Shown here: positions 37,168 to 46,643 of the stretch, in pieces
How positions within the stretch are numbered: the first letter of the stretch is position 1
How the letters are laid out: the number at the start of each line of letters is the position of its first letter
Source of the DNA: Candidatus Latescibacterota bacterium
GTDB taxonomy: Bacteria > Latescibacterota > UBA2968 > UBA8231
Direction of reading: 5' to 3'
DNA length: 64,000 nucleotides
NCBI GenBank assembly: GCA_965223905.1
Contig: CBDCXV010000010.1
Location: forward strand, 1,120,001-1,184,000
The notes under the pieces: model-generated
The model's input: the letters and a program-made list of their open reading frames with translations, nothing else
What the model was told of the DNA's origin: nothing
Databases searched by the model: none
Made by a program: the position numbers and the translations under genes

Positions 37168-38246
37168 ACGGCGCCGGGGAAGCGAGAGCGGCCCTGGAGT
37201 TGCGGCGGCTTCCCCACATAGGGGACGGTCGCGCCGGCCGGCTGATCCGGGAGTACGGCTCGGCGACCGCCGCCCTCGCGCATCGCGGCAGCGACTGGGT
37301 GGGCATCGTCGGTGAAGCAGCCGCCCGGGAGGCCGCGGGCGCAGAGCCCGACAGGGAGTGGGCGGAATCGCAGATCGCCGCGGCGCGCGCCGCCGGGGTG
37401 GAGATCGCACCGTTCGCGAGCGAAAAATATCCCGCGCCGGTGGCGGAGCTGCGCCCGCCGCCGGCCGTTCTCTACATCGCCGGAAATCTGGGCGACCGCT
37501 GCATCGCCGTCGTCGGCACGCGCCGGTGCAGCGAAAGCGGGCGCCGGCTCGCCCGCAGAATGGCGGCAGAGCTGGCCGCGGCCGGGGTCTGCGTAGTCAG
37601 CGGCATGGCGGATGGCATCGACGCCGCGGCTCACGAGGGCGCCCTCGAGGCCGGGGGCGCAACCGCGGCGGTGCTCGGCAGCGGCCTCGACATGCCCTCC
37701 CCCGCGGGCAATCGCACTCTGTACAAGAGGATACTGGAGACAGGTGCGGCGGTTGCGGAGCAGCCGATGGGGACCCCGGCCTCGGCCGGCACCTTTCCGA
37801 AGCGCAACCGCATCATCAGCGCCCTGTGCACCGCGGTAGTCGTCGCCGAGGCCCCGGCGCGCAGCGGTGCCCTGATCACCGCCCGCATCGCCGGCGACCT
37901 GGGGCGGCCCCTGTTTGCCGTGCCGGGGGACGTCGCCGGCGGCAAGAGCTCCGGGTGCCATGGGTTGATCCGCCGCGGCGAGGCCGGGCTGGTCGAAAGG
38001 GCGGCTGACGTGCTGGAGTCCCTCGGACTGGCCGCGGCGCCGCATCCCGGGCCGCCGGGCAGGCCCCCGGCGGACGACGGCTCGCCGGAAGGGGTGGTCG
38101 CGGCCCTGCTGGACGAGACCCGCCACGTCGACGAGCTGAGCGAGCTGAGCGGCCTGGGCCCGGCGCGGACCCTCGATCTGCTGCTGCGAATGGAGATGTC
38201 GGGAAGGGTGGTCCAGCTGCCGGGAAAGCGGTTCTGCCGCCCGTAG
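37164..38246 (+). CDS. dprA: DNA processing protein DprA/Smf
   Basis: IAVVGTR; VVSGMADGIDAAAH.GAL; FPKRNRIISAL; VVAEA...SGALITA; FAVPG; C-terminal winged helix. Confidence 0.93.
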   Translation: MNGAGEARAALELRRLPHIGDGRAGRLIREYGSATAALAHRGSDWVGIVGEAAAREAAGAEPDREWAESQIAAARAAGVEIAPFASEKYPAPVAELRPPPAVLYIAGNLGDRCIAVVGTRRCSESGRRLARRMAAELAAAGVCVVSGMADGIDAAAHEGALEAGGATAAVLGSGLDMPSPAGNRTLYKRILETGAAVAEQPMGTPASAGTFPKRNRIISALCTAVVVAEAPARSGALITARIAGDLGRPLFAVPGDVAGGKSSGCHGLIRRGEAGLVERAADVLESLGLAAAPHPGPPGRPPADDGSPEGVVAALLDETRHVDELSELSGLGPARTLDLLLRMEMSGRVVQLPGKRFCRP

Positions 38247-38250
38247 TCCC

Positions 38251-39087
38251 ATGCAAACGCAGTTCACGCGTCCCTACCGCCTAATCGAGGTCCACCCGGT
38301 CTCCGGCGCCCTCGGCGCCGAGATCAGGGGCGCCGATCTATCCCGGCCTCTCGAACCCGACCTGCTGGCGGAGATCCGCCGCGCCTTCCTCGACCACCTG
38401 GTCATCTGCTTCCGGGATCAGGAACTCACCCCTCGGGAAGAGCTCGCCTTCGCCCGGCAGATGGGCGAACCGATGCCCTATCCGCAACTCGAAGGGTTGC
38501 GGGGATTTCCCCTGATCACCGAGGTGATAAAACGGGAGCACGAGCGGGTGAATTTCGGCGGCGTCTGGCATTCGGACACCGCCTACCTCGAATCTCCACC
38601 GAAGGCGAGCCAGCTGTACGCCATCGAGGTCCCACCCCATGGCGGCGACACGATCTTCGCCAACCAGTACATCGCCTACGAAACCCTTTCGCAGGGACTC
38701 AGGGGGACGCTTGCCGGCCTGGCTGCCGTCAACACTTCCTCGAAACCGGAAATCGCAAGGACGAGGGATGATCGCCTGCGGGACAAGGGGGAAGCGCTCA
38801 AAGTGCTGAGCGCGGTGCATCCGGTCGTGCGCACCCATCCCGAGACCGGGCGCAAGGCCCTCTACGTCAACCGCGGCCATACGATCCGGTTCGAAGGGTG
38901 GACGGAGCGGGAGAGCCGGCCTTTGCTCGACTACCTGTTCGACCACCAGGTGCGCCCGGAGTTCACCTGCCGCATCCGGTGGGAAAGGGGGACCCTCATC
39001 CTCTGGGACAATCGCTGTGCCCAGCACCTGCCCCTGAATGACTACCAGGGCTTCCGGCGCCTGATGCACCGGGTGACGCTGGCTTGA
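38251..39087 (+). CDS. TauD/TfdA-family Fe(II)/2-oxoglutarate dioxygenase
   Basis: GALGAEI; WHSD; GGDTIFA; HPVVRTHPETGRKALYVN; WDNRCAQH; R.MHRVT. Confidence 0.9.
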   Translation: MQTQFTRPYRLIEVHPVSGALGAEIRGADLSRPLEPDLLAEIRRAFLDHLVICFRDQELTPREELAFARQMGEPMPYPQLEGLRGFPLITEVIKREHERVNFGGVWHSDTAYLESPPKASQLYAIEVPPHGGDTIFANQYIAYETLSQGLRGTLAGLAAVNTSSKPEIARTRDDRLRDKGEALKVLSAVHPVVRTHPETGRKALYVNRGHTIRFEGWTERESRPLLDYLFDHQVRPEFTCRIRWERGTLILWDNRCAQHLPLNDYQGFRRLMHRVTLA

Positions 39088-39395
39088 TGATTGCGTTCAA
39101 CTGACTGCGATTTCCCCCCAAGGTGGAGTGGCGACGGAACGGCGCTCCCCCTCGCGCACGTAAATCCTGGCGAGGACATCGAGGAGACCTGCTCGCCCGC
39201 CCGGCCCTGAGCTGTCACCGGCGGCCGACAGGATCGCGGGCAGGGCCTCGCCATCGGCCATGAGCAGTTCGATCTTCGTCCGCTCGGGGAACAACCGCAA
39301 GGTATCGCCAGGAGACATCGGTACGCCTTGCGACAACGCATCCCGGGCGAACGGGAATGCCGCCCCGACCCCGGACGGCCGCCGCCCTCGGACTC

Positions 39396-40943
39396 CTACC
39401 GCCGGCTCGCCTTGACGCTCACCACCGCGACGCCGACCACCAGCAGGATCACGCCGCCGATCAGGAGGGCATTCCGCACCAGGTCAGCCCTCGCCTTGAC
39501 CCGGATGGTGATGTCCCGCTCTTCCGCTTCAATTCGCTCGTCGCCGTCGTACCCCATCGCCTCGACGCGGACGTCGAATTCGCTCTCTCCCAGCCCGTCG
39601 GGGGGCACGAGTGTGATGCTGACCGGTTCCTTCTCGGTCGGCAGGATCCTGTCGATCGTATCCGGCCTTGCCGTGTAGCTCCAGCCGAGCGGCGGCAGCA
39701 GCACGAGGTGCACCCGCTCGACCTCCAGGGTGCCCGTATTCAGCAGGTCTACGCGCACTGTCGCTTTCTCCCCGGTTCTGATCTCCTGGTAGCGGTTGGC
39801 AACGATGCACTCGAGCGTCGCCTTTCCTCGCGGGATCAGCTGAAACACCTCGCTGCTGCCCCTGACCTCTGCGATTTTCTCCACGGGCGCCGTCTTTTCT
39901 CCGTACTCGCGGTTGAGGCCGGCAATCTGCAGGAATCCCTCCTGGTCGGTGATGAAAACGTGGAACTCGATCGTCTGGTCGACGAACCGGCGGCTGAGCT
40001 TTTCGGGAATCTGCAACTCGAGTTCCAGCTGTTGACGTGTGGCCTCCTCACTGAACTTCACCTGGGTCAGACTGGCGCCGTTGCGAGGGTCGAGGAAAGC
40101 GGGGTCGATCTCCCGGGGCAGGTTGACGAGGGCGAGGCGGAACGTCTTCTCGTCTTCCGCCAGGCGTTCGAGTATCAGGTCGTAACGCACCGTCGTGTTG
40201 AGGTCGCCTTCCTGTGAGAACTGCACCGAGTTGATCGTCGGAATGTCCTGCAGGCTCTCCCGCCGGAGCACGATGTGCATGTCCTCGAGCTCATCATTCT
40301 GCAGCCGCATCGACACGACGGCGGTTTCGCGATCCTGCAGGAGGCGGAATGTCAGGCTCCTCTCTTCCCCGAGCTTCAGCGACGGAATCCCGGTCTCGTA
40401 CGGCTCGGCCACCGTCAACCCGACGACGGACTCCAGCGACACGGTAATGTTCTGGATTTCGAGGAGCGCCGCGATCTCCGCTCTCGACTTTCCGGGGTTG
40501 AGCGACATCGCCTGGGTGATGTTGGAGGCGTTCTTCAGGGTAATGTCGACCTGCCGGTGCCCCCCGGGGGCGCGGTACTTGATCGCCTCGACCACGGAGA
40601 TGTGGGTGGCGTCGGCGAGGAAATCGAGCCGCGTGCGCTCCAGTTTGAACACCGCTTCTTCGTATTCTAGGTTCGCCTGCTCGTAGTCGCGCTTGGCTTT
40701 GTTGAGCTTGTCGAGGGTCTCGATTTTCTGCTCGTAGAGATCCTGGATGACTTCATACTCGTTCTTGCTGTTTTCCATCTCAAGCTGCTGCGAGTCGACG
40801 TCCCAGCGCGCCTGGCGCAGCTTGATGTCGTAGAGGCGCTGCTCCTTGGTGCGCAGATCCTTGGCCGCGAGCTCTGTTGTGAAGGCGGCCACCCCAAGCA
40901 CCAGCACGAGTATGGCGGCGGCACCGCGCAGGGAACCGGTCAT
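39396..40943 (-). CDS. Signal peptide + coiled-coil hairpin + Ig-like/NEW3 domains + C-terminal TM anchor (paralogue B)
   Basis: Start MTGSLRG at 40943 overlaps the upstream stop. Heptad region EYEVIQDLYEQK...AKRDYEQA; NEW3-like LLNTGT...PLGWS....P......EK..V.ITL.PP; ends LLIGGVILLVVGVAVVSVKASRR. Confidence 0.7.
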   Translation of the reverse strand: MTGSLRGAAAILVLVLGVAAFTTELAAKDLRTKEQRLYDIKLRQARWDVDSQQLEMENSKNEYEVIQDLYEQKIETLDKLNKAKRDYEQANLEYEEAVFKLERTRLDFLADATHISVVEAIKYRAPGGHRQVDITLKNASNITQAMSLNPGKSRAEIAALLEIQNITVSLESVVGLTVAEPYETGIPSLKLGEERSLTFRLLQDRETAVVSMRLQNDELEDMHIVLRRESLQDIPTINSVQFSQEGDLNTTVRYDLILERLAEDEKTFRLALVNLPREIDPAFLDPRNGASLTQVKFSEEATRQQLELELQIPEKLSRRFVDQTIEFHVFITDQEGFLQIAGLNREYGEKTAPVEKIAEVRGSSEVFQLIPRGKATLECIVANRYQEIRTGEKATVRVDLLNTGTLEVERVHLVLLPPLGWSYTARPDTIDRILPTEKEPVSITLVPPDGLGESEFDVRVEAMGYDGDERIEAEERDITIRVKARADLVRNALLIGGVILLVVGVAVVSVKASRR

Positions 40944-42460
40944 CTTCTCGAGATCGCAACACTGGCCAGCCCGATCCCCACCACGAGCAACACCAGCAGA
41001 CCGATGAGAATCGCATGCCCGGTCAGGTTCGAGCGGGCGCCGACGCGGACGGTGATGTTCTTCTCCAGCGACTCGACGTTGAGGTTGCCGACCTGGCCCT
41101 GCGCCTCGATCCCGACTTCGTAGCTGCCGACGGCGATGTCCTCCGGCGGCTCGGCGCTTACCTCGACGAGGGTGCGTTCGTCGGGATCGAGGATTTTGAT
41201 CAACGTCGGTTTGACGGCGCTTTTCCATTCGTACGGCAGGTCTACGACGGCCTTGATATTCTGCACCGCGGCGGAACCCCGGTTGAGAAACTGCACTTGG
41301 ATATCCATGACGTCGCCGACCTCGATTTCCTGGTAGCGATTCGACACGATCACCTCGAGCTCGCCGACCCCTTTGGGAATAAGCTCCAGCTTGACGTAGT
41401 CGACGTTAAGGCGCGCAACCTCCTCTTCGGGAATCGGGTCGTCGCCGTATTTCGCCTGCAATGTATTTATCGGGCCGTACTCGGTCGGTTCTGCGACCAT
41501 GGCGAAGAAGGTCCGCGTGCGGCCGATGTATTTGGAATCGAGGTTTTCCGGGATTCGCAGACGCAGGGTCAGGGTCGTTTTCGAGGTCGTTTCGTCGAAC
41601 TTCACCTGGTTGATCTTCGCCCCCTCATCGACGAACGAATAGTCGATTCGCCGCGGCAGACCTACAGCGGCCAGGGCGAAGCTGCGCTCGTCCTCGGAGA
41701 GGCGCTCGAGGGTCAGGCCGAACCCGACTTCCGATTCGAGATCGCCCGTCTGCGAAAACTGGGACGAATTGATGCTCGGCAGGTTCTGGTCGGAGCCTTT
41801 CTTGAGAATGACCGAGCGGCGATCGGAATCGACATCGAGGTAACTCATGGCGACGACGACGGCGCTTTCATCCCTCAGGAGGCGATAGGTCAACAGTTTT
41901 CGCTCGCCGACTTCGAGCGACGGGATCAGCATCTCGTACGGCTCCCCGACGATGGGGCCGTTGCGCAGCGAGACGTAGATGTTCTCCACGGTGAGGAGTG
42001 TGCGCAGTTCCTCTTCGCTGAGCGAAGCGTCGACGAGGAGGGCGTCGCGGATGTCCGAGGCGTTCTCGAGGACGATGTCGACCATGCCCCGGCCGTCGTC
42101 CGTCTTGTACTTGCGCGCCTCGACGACGGCCAGGTGGGTGGCGTTTCTCAGCAGGTCGAGCTTCGTCTCCTCCAGCCGGATCTGCGCCGCTTCGAACCGC
42201 AGCAGCGCATCCTGGTAGCTGTTTTCCGCCAGTTCGAAGGTCTGCAGGGCCAAGTACCCGTCGTTGTAGAGGGCGCGAACCGTTTCCAGCTCCTCCCGCT
42301 GAGTCTGCAGACTGGTTCGGCTGTGTTCGAGTTGCGACAGCCGCTCGTCGAGTCTGAGCTTGCCGAGTTGCTGCTGGCGCGTCAGTTGGCCTTCGTTTGT
42401 GGCGTCGCCCGGCAACGCCAGCAAGAGCAGCGCGACAGACCAGGGGAGCGCGGCCGTCAT
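40940..42460 (-). CDS. Signal peptide + coiled-coil hairpin + Ig-like/NEW3 domains + C-terminal TM anchor (paralogue A)
   Basis: Start MTAALPW at 42460 overlaps the TolC stop. Collinear with paralogue B (ATH.xVVEAxKY, PxINSxQFSQxGDL, LERLxEDE, ANRYQEI/SNRYQEI); ends VGIGLASVAISRR. Confidence 0.7.
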   Translation of the reverse strand: MTAALPWSVALLLLALPGDATNEGQLTRQQQLGKLRLDERLSQLEHSRTSLQTQREELETVRALYNDGYLALQTFELAENSYQDALLRFEAAQIRLEETKLDLLRNATHLAVVEARKYKTDDGRGMVDIVLENASDIRDALLVDASLSEEELRTLLTVENIYVSLRNGPIVGEPYEMLIPSLEVGERKLLTYRLLRDESAVVVAMSYLDVDSDRRSVILKKGSDQNLPSINSSQFSQTGDLESEVGFGLTLERLSEDERSFALAAVGLPRRIDYSFVDEGAKINQVKFDETTSKTTLTLRLRIPENLDSKYIGRTRTFFAMVAEPTEYGPINTLQAKYGDDPIPEEEVARLNVDYVKLELIPKGVGELEVIVSNRYQEIEVGDVMDIQVQFLNRGSAAVQNIKAVVDLPYEWKSAVKPTLIKILDPDERTLVEVSAEPPEDIAVGSYEVGIEAQGQVGNLNVESLEKNITVRVGARSNLTGHAILIGLLVLLVVGIGLASVAISRR

Positions 42461-43809
42461 TCGACGTACCCCATGAGCCGCCTCAGGCCGGCCTGGCGGC
42501 TGATGTAGGTGGCCTGGGTCACGAAGTACCGGTCCTGCTCCCTGAAGAACTGGTCGCGCACCTGCTCGAGCTTGGCTTCGTCGGCTTTGCCCTTGTCTTT
42601 CAGGAACTGGTTGATCTCGAGGCGGCGCCGGGCGATTGTGACGCGTTGCTGCTGAATTCGCTGTTCCTCCTCTGCTTCGAGCATCGATTGGAAGGCCTGG
42701 CGCACGCGCAGGTCGACGCCTGCCCGCAGGTCGCGGATCGACGCCATGATCCGCTGCAGCTTCGCCTTTTCCTTCGCTTCCTGTCCGAGGCGCGAGCCCC
42801 CCTCGAAGATCGGAATGCGCGCCTCTACCTGGGCCGTCCACTGGGCGCCTTCAGGACCCTGCGGATCCTCTTCCTCGTTCAGTTCGAAGTCCGACTCGAC
42901 GTCGACCCCCCACGTTCCGTCGTCGCGGTCGACGCGGACCCGGGCGTCCTTGCGACCGTCCTCGACGCCGGCGTCCAGCGACACGTCGGGGGAATACCGC
43001 CATGCGACTTCTCCCAGGGCGCGACGCTGCTCGTCGAGTTGTTCCTCGCGCAGGGCGAGATGCACGTCCCGCTGCAGCGCGATATCGACAGCCGCTTCCA
43101 CATCCAGCGGGAAGGGTGCGATGTCGCCGGCGAGCATTACACCCGTTCCAATCGGCTGACCGATCAGCCGCAGCAGTTCCATCCTGTTGTTGAATTGCTG
43201 CCGCACGAGCCGGTTGATCGCCAGCTCTTCGTTGAGGACGTTGAGCTCGGCGTTCAGCTTGTCCTCTTCCGACGCCAACCTTTTGTCGAAGCGGGCCTGC
43301 TGTCGTTCGAGGGCGGCCTGAAAGTTGTCCCTCGACCGGCGCCGCGACTCGATCTGCCGGTTCTGCAGCAGGATGAGATGGTAAACCTCCCACACCCGGG
43401 CCATCACCTCGTGCAGCTTGTCTTCGTACGCGAAGACGGCTTCGCGCAGGTCCGCCCTCAGCCTGATCTCGCGCCCGGCATCCGGCCCGAACTCGAACAG
43501 ACGCTGGGTGAACTGCAACCTGCTGCCCAGGCGGTCTTCGGTCCTGGCGCCCGGGCTTGCCGGGGTTCGCTGGCCGTCGTAGGTCGTCTTCAGGCTGAGG
43601 TGGGGCAGGAAACGGGAACGCACCACGACGTGGTCCCCCTGAATCTCGTCGATCCGTTCTCGCGCCTGGATCAGCTCGCGGTTGAATTCAGAGGCAGCGG
43701 CGAGCGTCTTCGCCAGCGAGAGGGATTTCCCGGTGATGGGTGGTTCCGCGGCGACGGAAACGCCCCAGAAGGACAGCAGGACTGCGGACCTGCAGAAGCA
43801 ACGCGGCAA
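42457..43809 (-). CDS. TolC-family outer-membrane efflux protein
   Basis: LSLAKTLAAA...N; RSRFLPHLSL; QRLFEFG; AVDIAL; IPIFEGG; VRQAF; two-repeat OEP layout. Confidence 0.8.
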   Translation of the reverse strand: MPRCFCRSAVLLSFWGVSVAAEPPITGKSLSLAKTLAAASEFNRELIQARERIDEIQGDHVVVRSRFLPHLSLKTTYDGQRTPASPGARTEDRLGSRLQFTQRLFEFGPDAGREIRLRADLREAVFAYEDKLHEVMARVWEVYHLILLQNRQIESRRRSRDNFQAALERQQARFDKRLASEEDKLNAELNVLNEELAINRLVRQQFNNRMELLRLIGQPIGTGVMLAGDIAPFPLDVEAAVDIALQRDVHLALREEQLDEQRRALGEVAWRYSPDVSLDAGVEDGRKDARVRVDRDDGTWGVDVESDFELNEEEDPQGPEGAQWTAQVEARIPIFEGGSRLGQEAKEKAKLQRIMASIRDLRAGVDLRVRQAFQSMLEAEEEQRIQQQRVTIARRRLEINQFLKDKGKADEAKLEQVRDQFFREQDRYFVTQATYISRQAGLRRLMGYVE

Positions 43810-43828
43810 TCGGAGGATGCTGGCGATT

Positions 43829-45241
43829 TCAGTTTATCTCGCAGCGGAGGAAGGACAGGTAGGCGCCCATGAAAAGGAAGACGTTCCACAGAGCGAGCAG
43901 CAGGATGTCCAGCTGCACGAGGCCGAGGCGGTCGCTGAACGGCATGTAGGAGAACTCGAACCGGGGATAGTCGCTGAGGTCGACGGCGAACTCTTGTTGC
44001 TCGGTGAAATAGATCACTTTCGCGCCCTCTCGCTGCTGCTCCGCCATCCACTTGAATAACGCTTCCTGCTTTTTTTGGGTGTATTCCTGCCAGGTGAGGC
44101 TGTAGCCTTCAAGGGCCTCGACGAAGCGCCTCTCCTGCTCGATGCCGGTGGCGGTCAGATCGCAGGCGGCGAGGTTGAAAGAGGTCAGCGGTGAAATGCG
44201 GGCGGCAAATCCCGACCAGCGCGTCTGCGCCTGCACGCCGGAGGCGTACGCCTCGTCCAGTTTCTTCAGCTCCTCCTCCATTTTCTCACTTTCGATCATC
44301 ATCTTCTCCCGGAACCCGGAATTCTCCCAGACATCTTCCACGCCGGTGCGCTCCTGCTCCTCTTTGGCTTGCTCTTCCATCCTCCGCTGCTGGATCAATC
44401 TCATCTCCTTCTGTTCGCGGTCGACGCTTTCCCGCGCCGGAATCGGCATCAGCTGCGTGGCCGCGTACGGCGCCATGTTGGGAATGGCGAGAATGAGGGT
44501 GACCCAGACGAGCAGCAGCACTGTGATGGAGGTTGACGCAGTCTGGGTTCGGCACGACACCAGTATCCCCAGCGAGTACATCGCCGCGATGTAGAGCAGG
44601 GCAATCCCGAACAGGCCCGCAATGCTCAGCGCATCCTCGGGCGCCGGGTCTGTTTCCGCCATCAGCAAGGCCACCAGCAACCCGGCGAGGAAGGCGATTG
44701 CAAACGGGCCGATGAGGGCGAGAAACCCGCCCAGCCACTTTCCGAGAATGACCCGGTCGCGCGGGATGGAGTACGACATCAGCAGCATCAGCACCCCGCT
44801 TTCGCGCTCGCCCGAGACGGCGTCGTAGGCAAACGCCAGCGCCAACAGGCTCATGATGACGCCGACGATGAACACGAAGTCGACGTCGGGAAAAAGCGCC
44901 GCCACGGCGTTCTCTTGGGCAACTTCCTCGAACTCGAGGCGGTTGCGCTGTACCTTGACCCTTTCTGTAAGGTCTGCGGCCACCCCCCTGACCAGGATGT
45001 TCATCGCGTTCAACGGCCGCTCGACCGTAATGTCATCGACATCCCATGGGCTGGTGACCTGCAACAGCTCGTTGCGGTGCATCGTCCTGTTCATGTGGTA
45101 GGTCGACGATGCCTCGGCGAAGTCCCGGGTCGTCAGACCGATGCTCAGGAGAAACACCACCAGGCAGACGATGCAGGCGATGGCGAATCGCAGCGACAAC
45201 ATCTGATCGAGCAGCTCCCTGCGGGCGACGTGGAAGAGCAT
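43829..45241 (-). CDS. ABC-2-type transporter permease with large periplasmic loops
   Basis: VARREL; DFVFIVGVIMSLLALAFAYDAVSGERESGVLMLLMS..IPRDRVILGKW.GG; ARISP; FLRCE. Confidence 0.85.
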   Translation of the reverse strand: MLFHVARRELLDQMLSLRFAIACIVCLVVFLLSIGLTTRDFAEASSTYHMNRTMHRNELLQVTSPWDVDDITVERPLNAMNILVRGVAADLTERVKVQRNRLEFEEVAQENAVAALFPDVDFVFIVGVIMSLLALAFAYDAVSGERESGVLMLLMSYSIPRDRVILGKWLGGFLALIGPFAIAFLAGLLVALLMAETDPAPEDALSIAGLFGIALLYIAAMYSLGILVSCRTQTASTSITVLLLVWVTLILAIPNMAPYAATQLMPIPARESVDREQKEMRLIQQRRMEEQAKEEQERTGVEDVWENSGFREKMMIESEKMEEELKKLDEAYASGVQAQTRWSGFAARISPLTSFNLAACDLTATGIEQERRFVEALEGYSLTWQEYTQKKQEALFKWMAEQQREGAKVIYFTEQQEFAVDLSDYPRFEFSYMPFSDRLGLVQLDILLLALWNVFLFMGAYLSFLRCEIN

Positions 45242-45250
45242 GGCGGGCCT

Positions 45251-46624
45251 TCAGGTCACGTCGTAGCGCAGGAAACAGAGGTAGGATGCCATGAAGAAAA
45301 CCACGTTGTAGATCGCCAGCAGCAGGATATCTGTCAGCGCGGCGTCGAGGCTGTCGGACAGGCCTTCCGCAACCATGTCGAAGCGCGGCAGGTCTTCGAT
45401 GCTGAACCAGTCCTGATTTTTGACACGCCGTCCATTCGAATCCCAGTCGACTTTCCGGTAGATCTCGTTCAGGTATTTCTGCGCGCTCTCCTTGAAGCGC
45501 TGGTCAGCGTGGGCAAACTCCTCCGCCAGGGCCGGCCCGGTGCCGGCCAGCCGGGTCGCGGCGAACAGGTAAGTGGCCGATGGCGACAGACGCGCCAGGT
45601 TCTGGGTGACGCCGACCTGCAGGCTCAGCTTGTCCCGGTAGAACTCCTCCAGCATCTCGCGCCGCCTGTCTTTCTCTTCGCGGAGCTCTTCCCGCTTCTT
45701 CGGGTCGAGGTTTCCCCGGTTGCGCAAGCTCTCCTCGACGAGCCGATACCGTGTGCCCAGCGCCTTGATCTCTGCGTCGATCACCTTGCGGCTCGGCACC
45801 GGTGCGGCGAGCCGGGCGACGACCGGGGCGAGGTTGGGCACCACGAGAATCCAGGCGATCCACACCATCAGCGAAAACAGCAGGGCGGTGGCGCTGCGGT
45901 GGGTGAGGACCGAGATCATCAGTCCGAGGGTGAAGAAGCAGGAGATGTAGAGGAGCGACACGAGGACGATCGCCGCGAATCGGGACGTGCCTTCGCCGCC
46001 GAGAGGCAGGGCGCCGGCAATGTAGACGTAGGCGAAGCCGGCGAGCGCCGCGACGGCGAAGGGAGCGGCGATCGACAGGTAGCCGCCGATCCACTTGCCG
46101 AACAGGACCACATCTCTCGGCACTGCGTTCGACATCAACAGTTTCAGACTGCCCTGCTCCTTTTCGCCGCACACCGAGTCGAACACGAACAGCAGCGCCA
46201 GCAGGCTGATGACGAGGGACACGACATAGGCGAAGTCGGGTGTCTGGAAAATATCGAACAAGAGGTTCCTGCTCAGGCGGTCTTCGCCGCTGCTCCACCA
46301 GGCCCGGGTCTTCGACTGCGTCGGCAGCATGGCGTCGAGCCCTTTGGCCAGGATTCCGAGAACCTTGGGCTGGCGCACGCCGGTCAGGCCGGTCTGCTGA
46401 AACTCGCTGAACTGTTTGTCTGGGTCTTCGATCCCGTCTATGGCGGTGAGGTTGTCGCGCTCCGTGTTGACTTCGGTCGTGTACGACTGGAATCTCGCCC
46501 GGTAATCGTTGGTCATCAGGAATACCGACAGCAGCACGAGACAGAAGAGCAGCACGTGGGTGATCATGAAGCGGAAGCTGAGAACGTTGCTGACGATCTC
46601 TCGTTTGATGATCAGTGACAGCAT
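45251..46624 (-). CDS. ABC-2-type transporter permease (paralogue)
   Basis: Start MLSLIIKREI; PDFAYVVSLVISLLALLFVFDSVCGEKEQGSLKLLMSNAVPRDVVLFGKW.GG; FLRYDV. Confidence 0.85.
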   Translation of the reverse strand: MLSLIIKREIVSNVLSFRFMITHVLLFCLVLLSVFLMTNDYRARFQSYTTEVNTERDNLTAIDGIEDPDKQFSEFQQTGLTGVRQPKVLGILAKGLDAMLPTQSKTRAWWSSGEDRLSRNLLFDIFQTPDFAYVVSLVISLLALLFVFDSVCGEKEQGSLKLLMSNAVPRDVVLFGKWIGGYLSIAAPFAVAALAGFAYVYIAGALPLGGEGTSRFAAIVLVSLLYISCFFTLGLMISVLTHRSATALLFSLMVWIAWILVVPNLAPVVARLAAPVPSRKVIDAEIKALGTRYRLVEESLRNRGNLDPKKREELREEKDRRREMLEEFYRDKLSLQVGVTQNLARLSPSATYLFAATRLAGTGPALAEEFAHADQRFKESAQKYLNEIYRKVDWDSNGRRVKNQDWFSIEDLPRFDMVAEGLSDSLDAALTDILLLAIYNVVFFMASYLCFLRYDVT

Positions 46625-46643
46625 GGGGCAGCTTTCACCCGCT

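Noticed and set aside
39097-39336. 79-aa minus-strand ORF after the exporter operon
   Set aside because: No motif or clear RBS; may be a remnant, but I cannot support a call.
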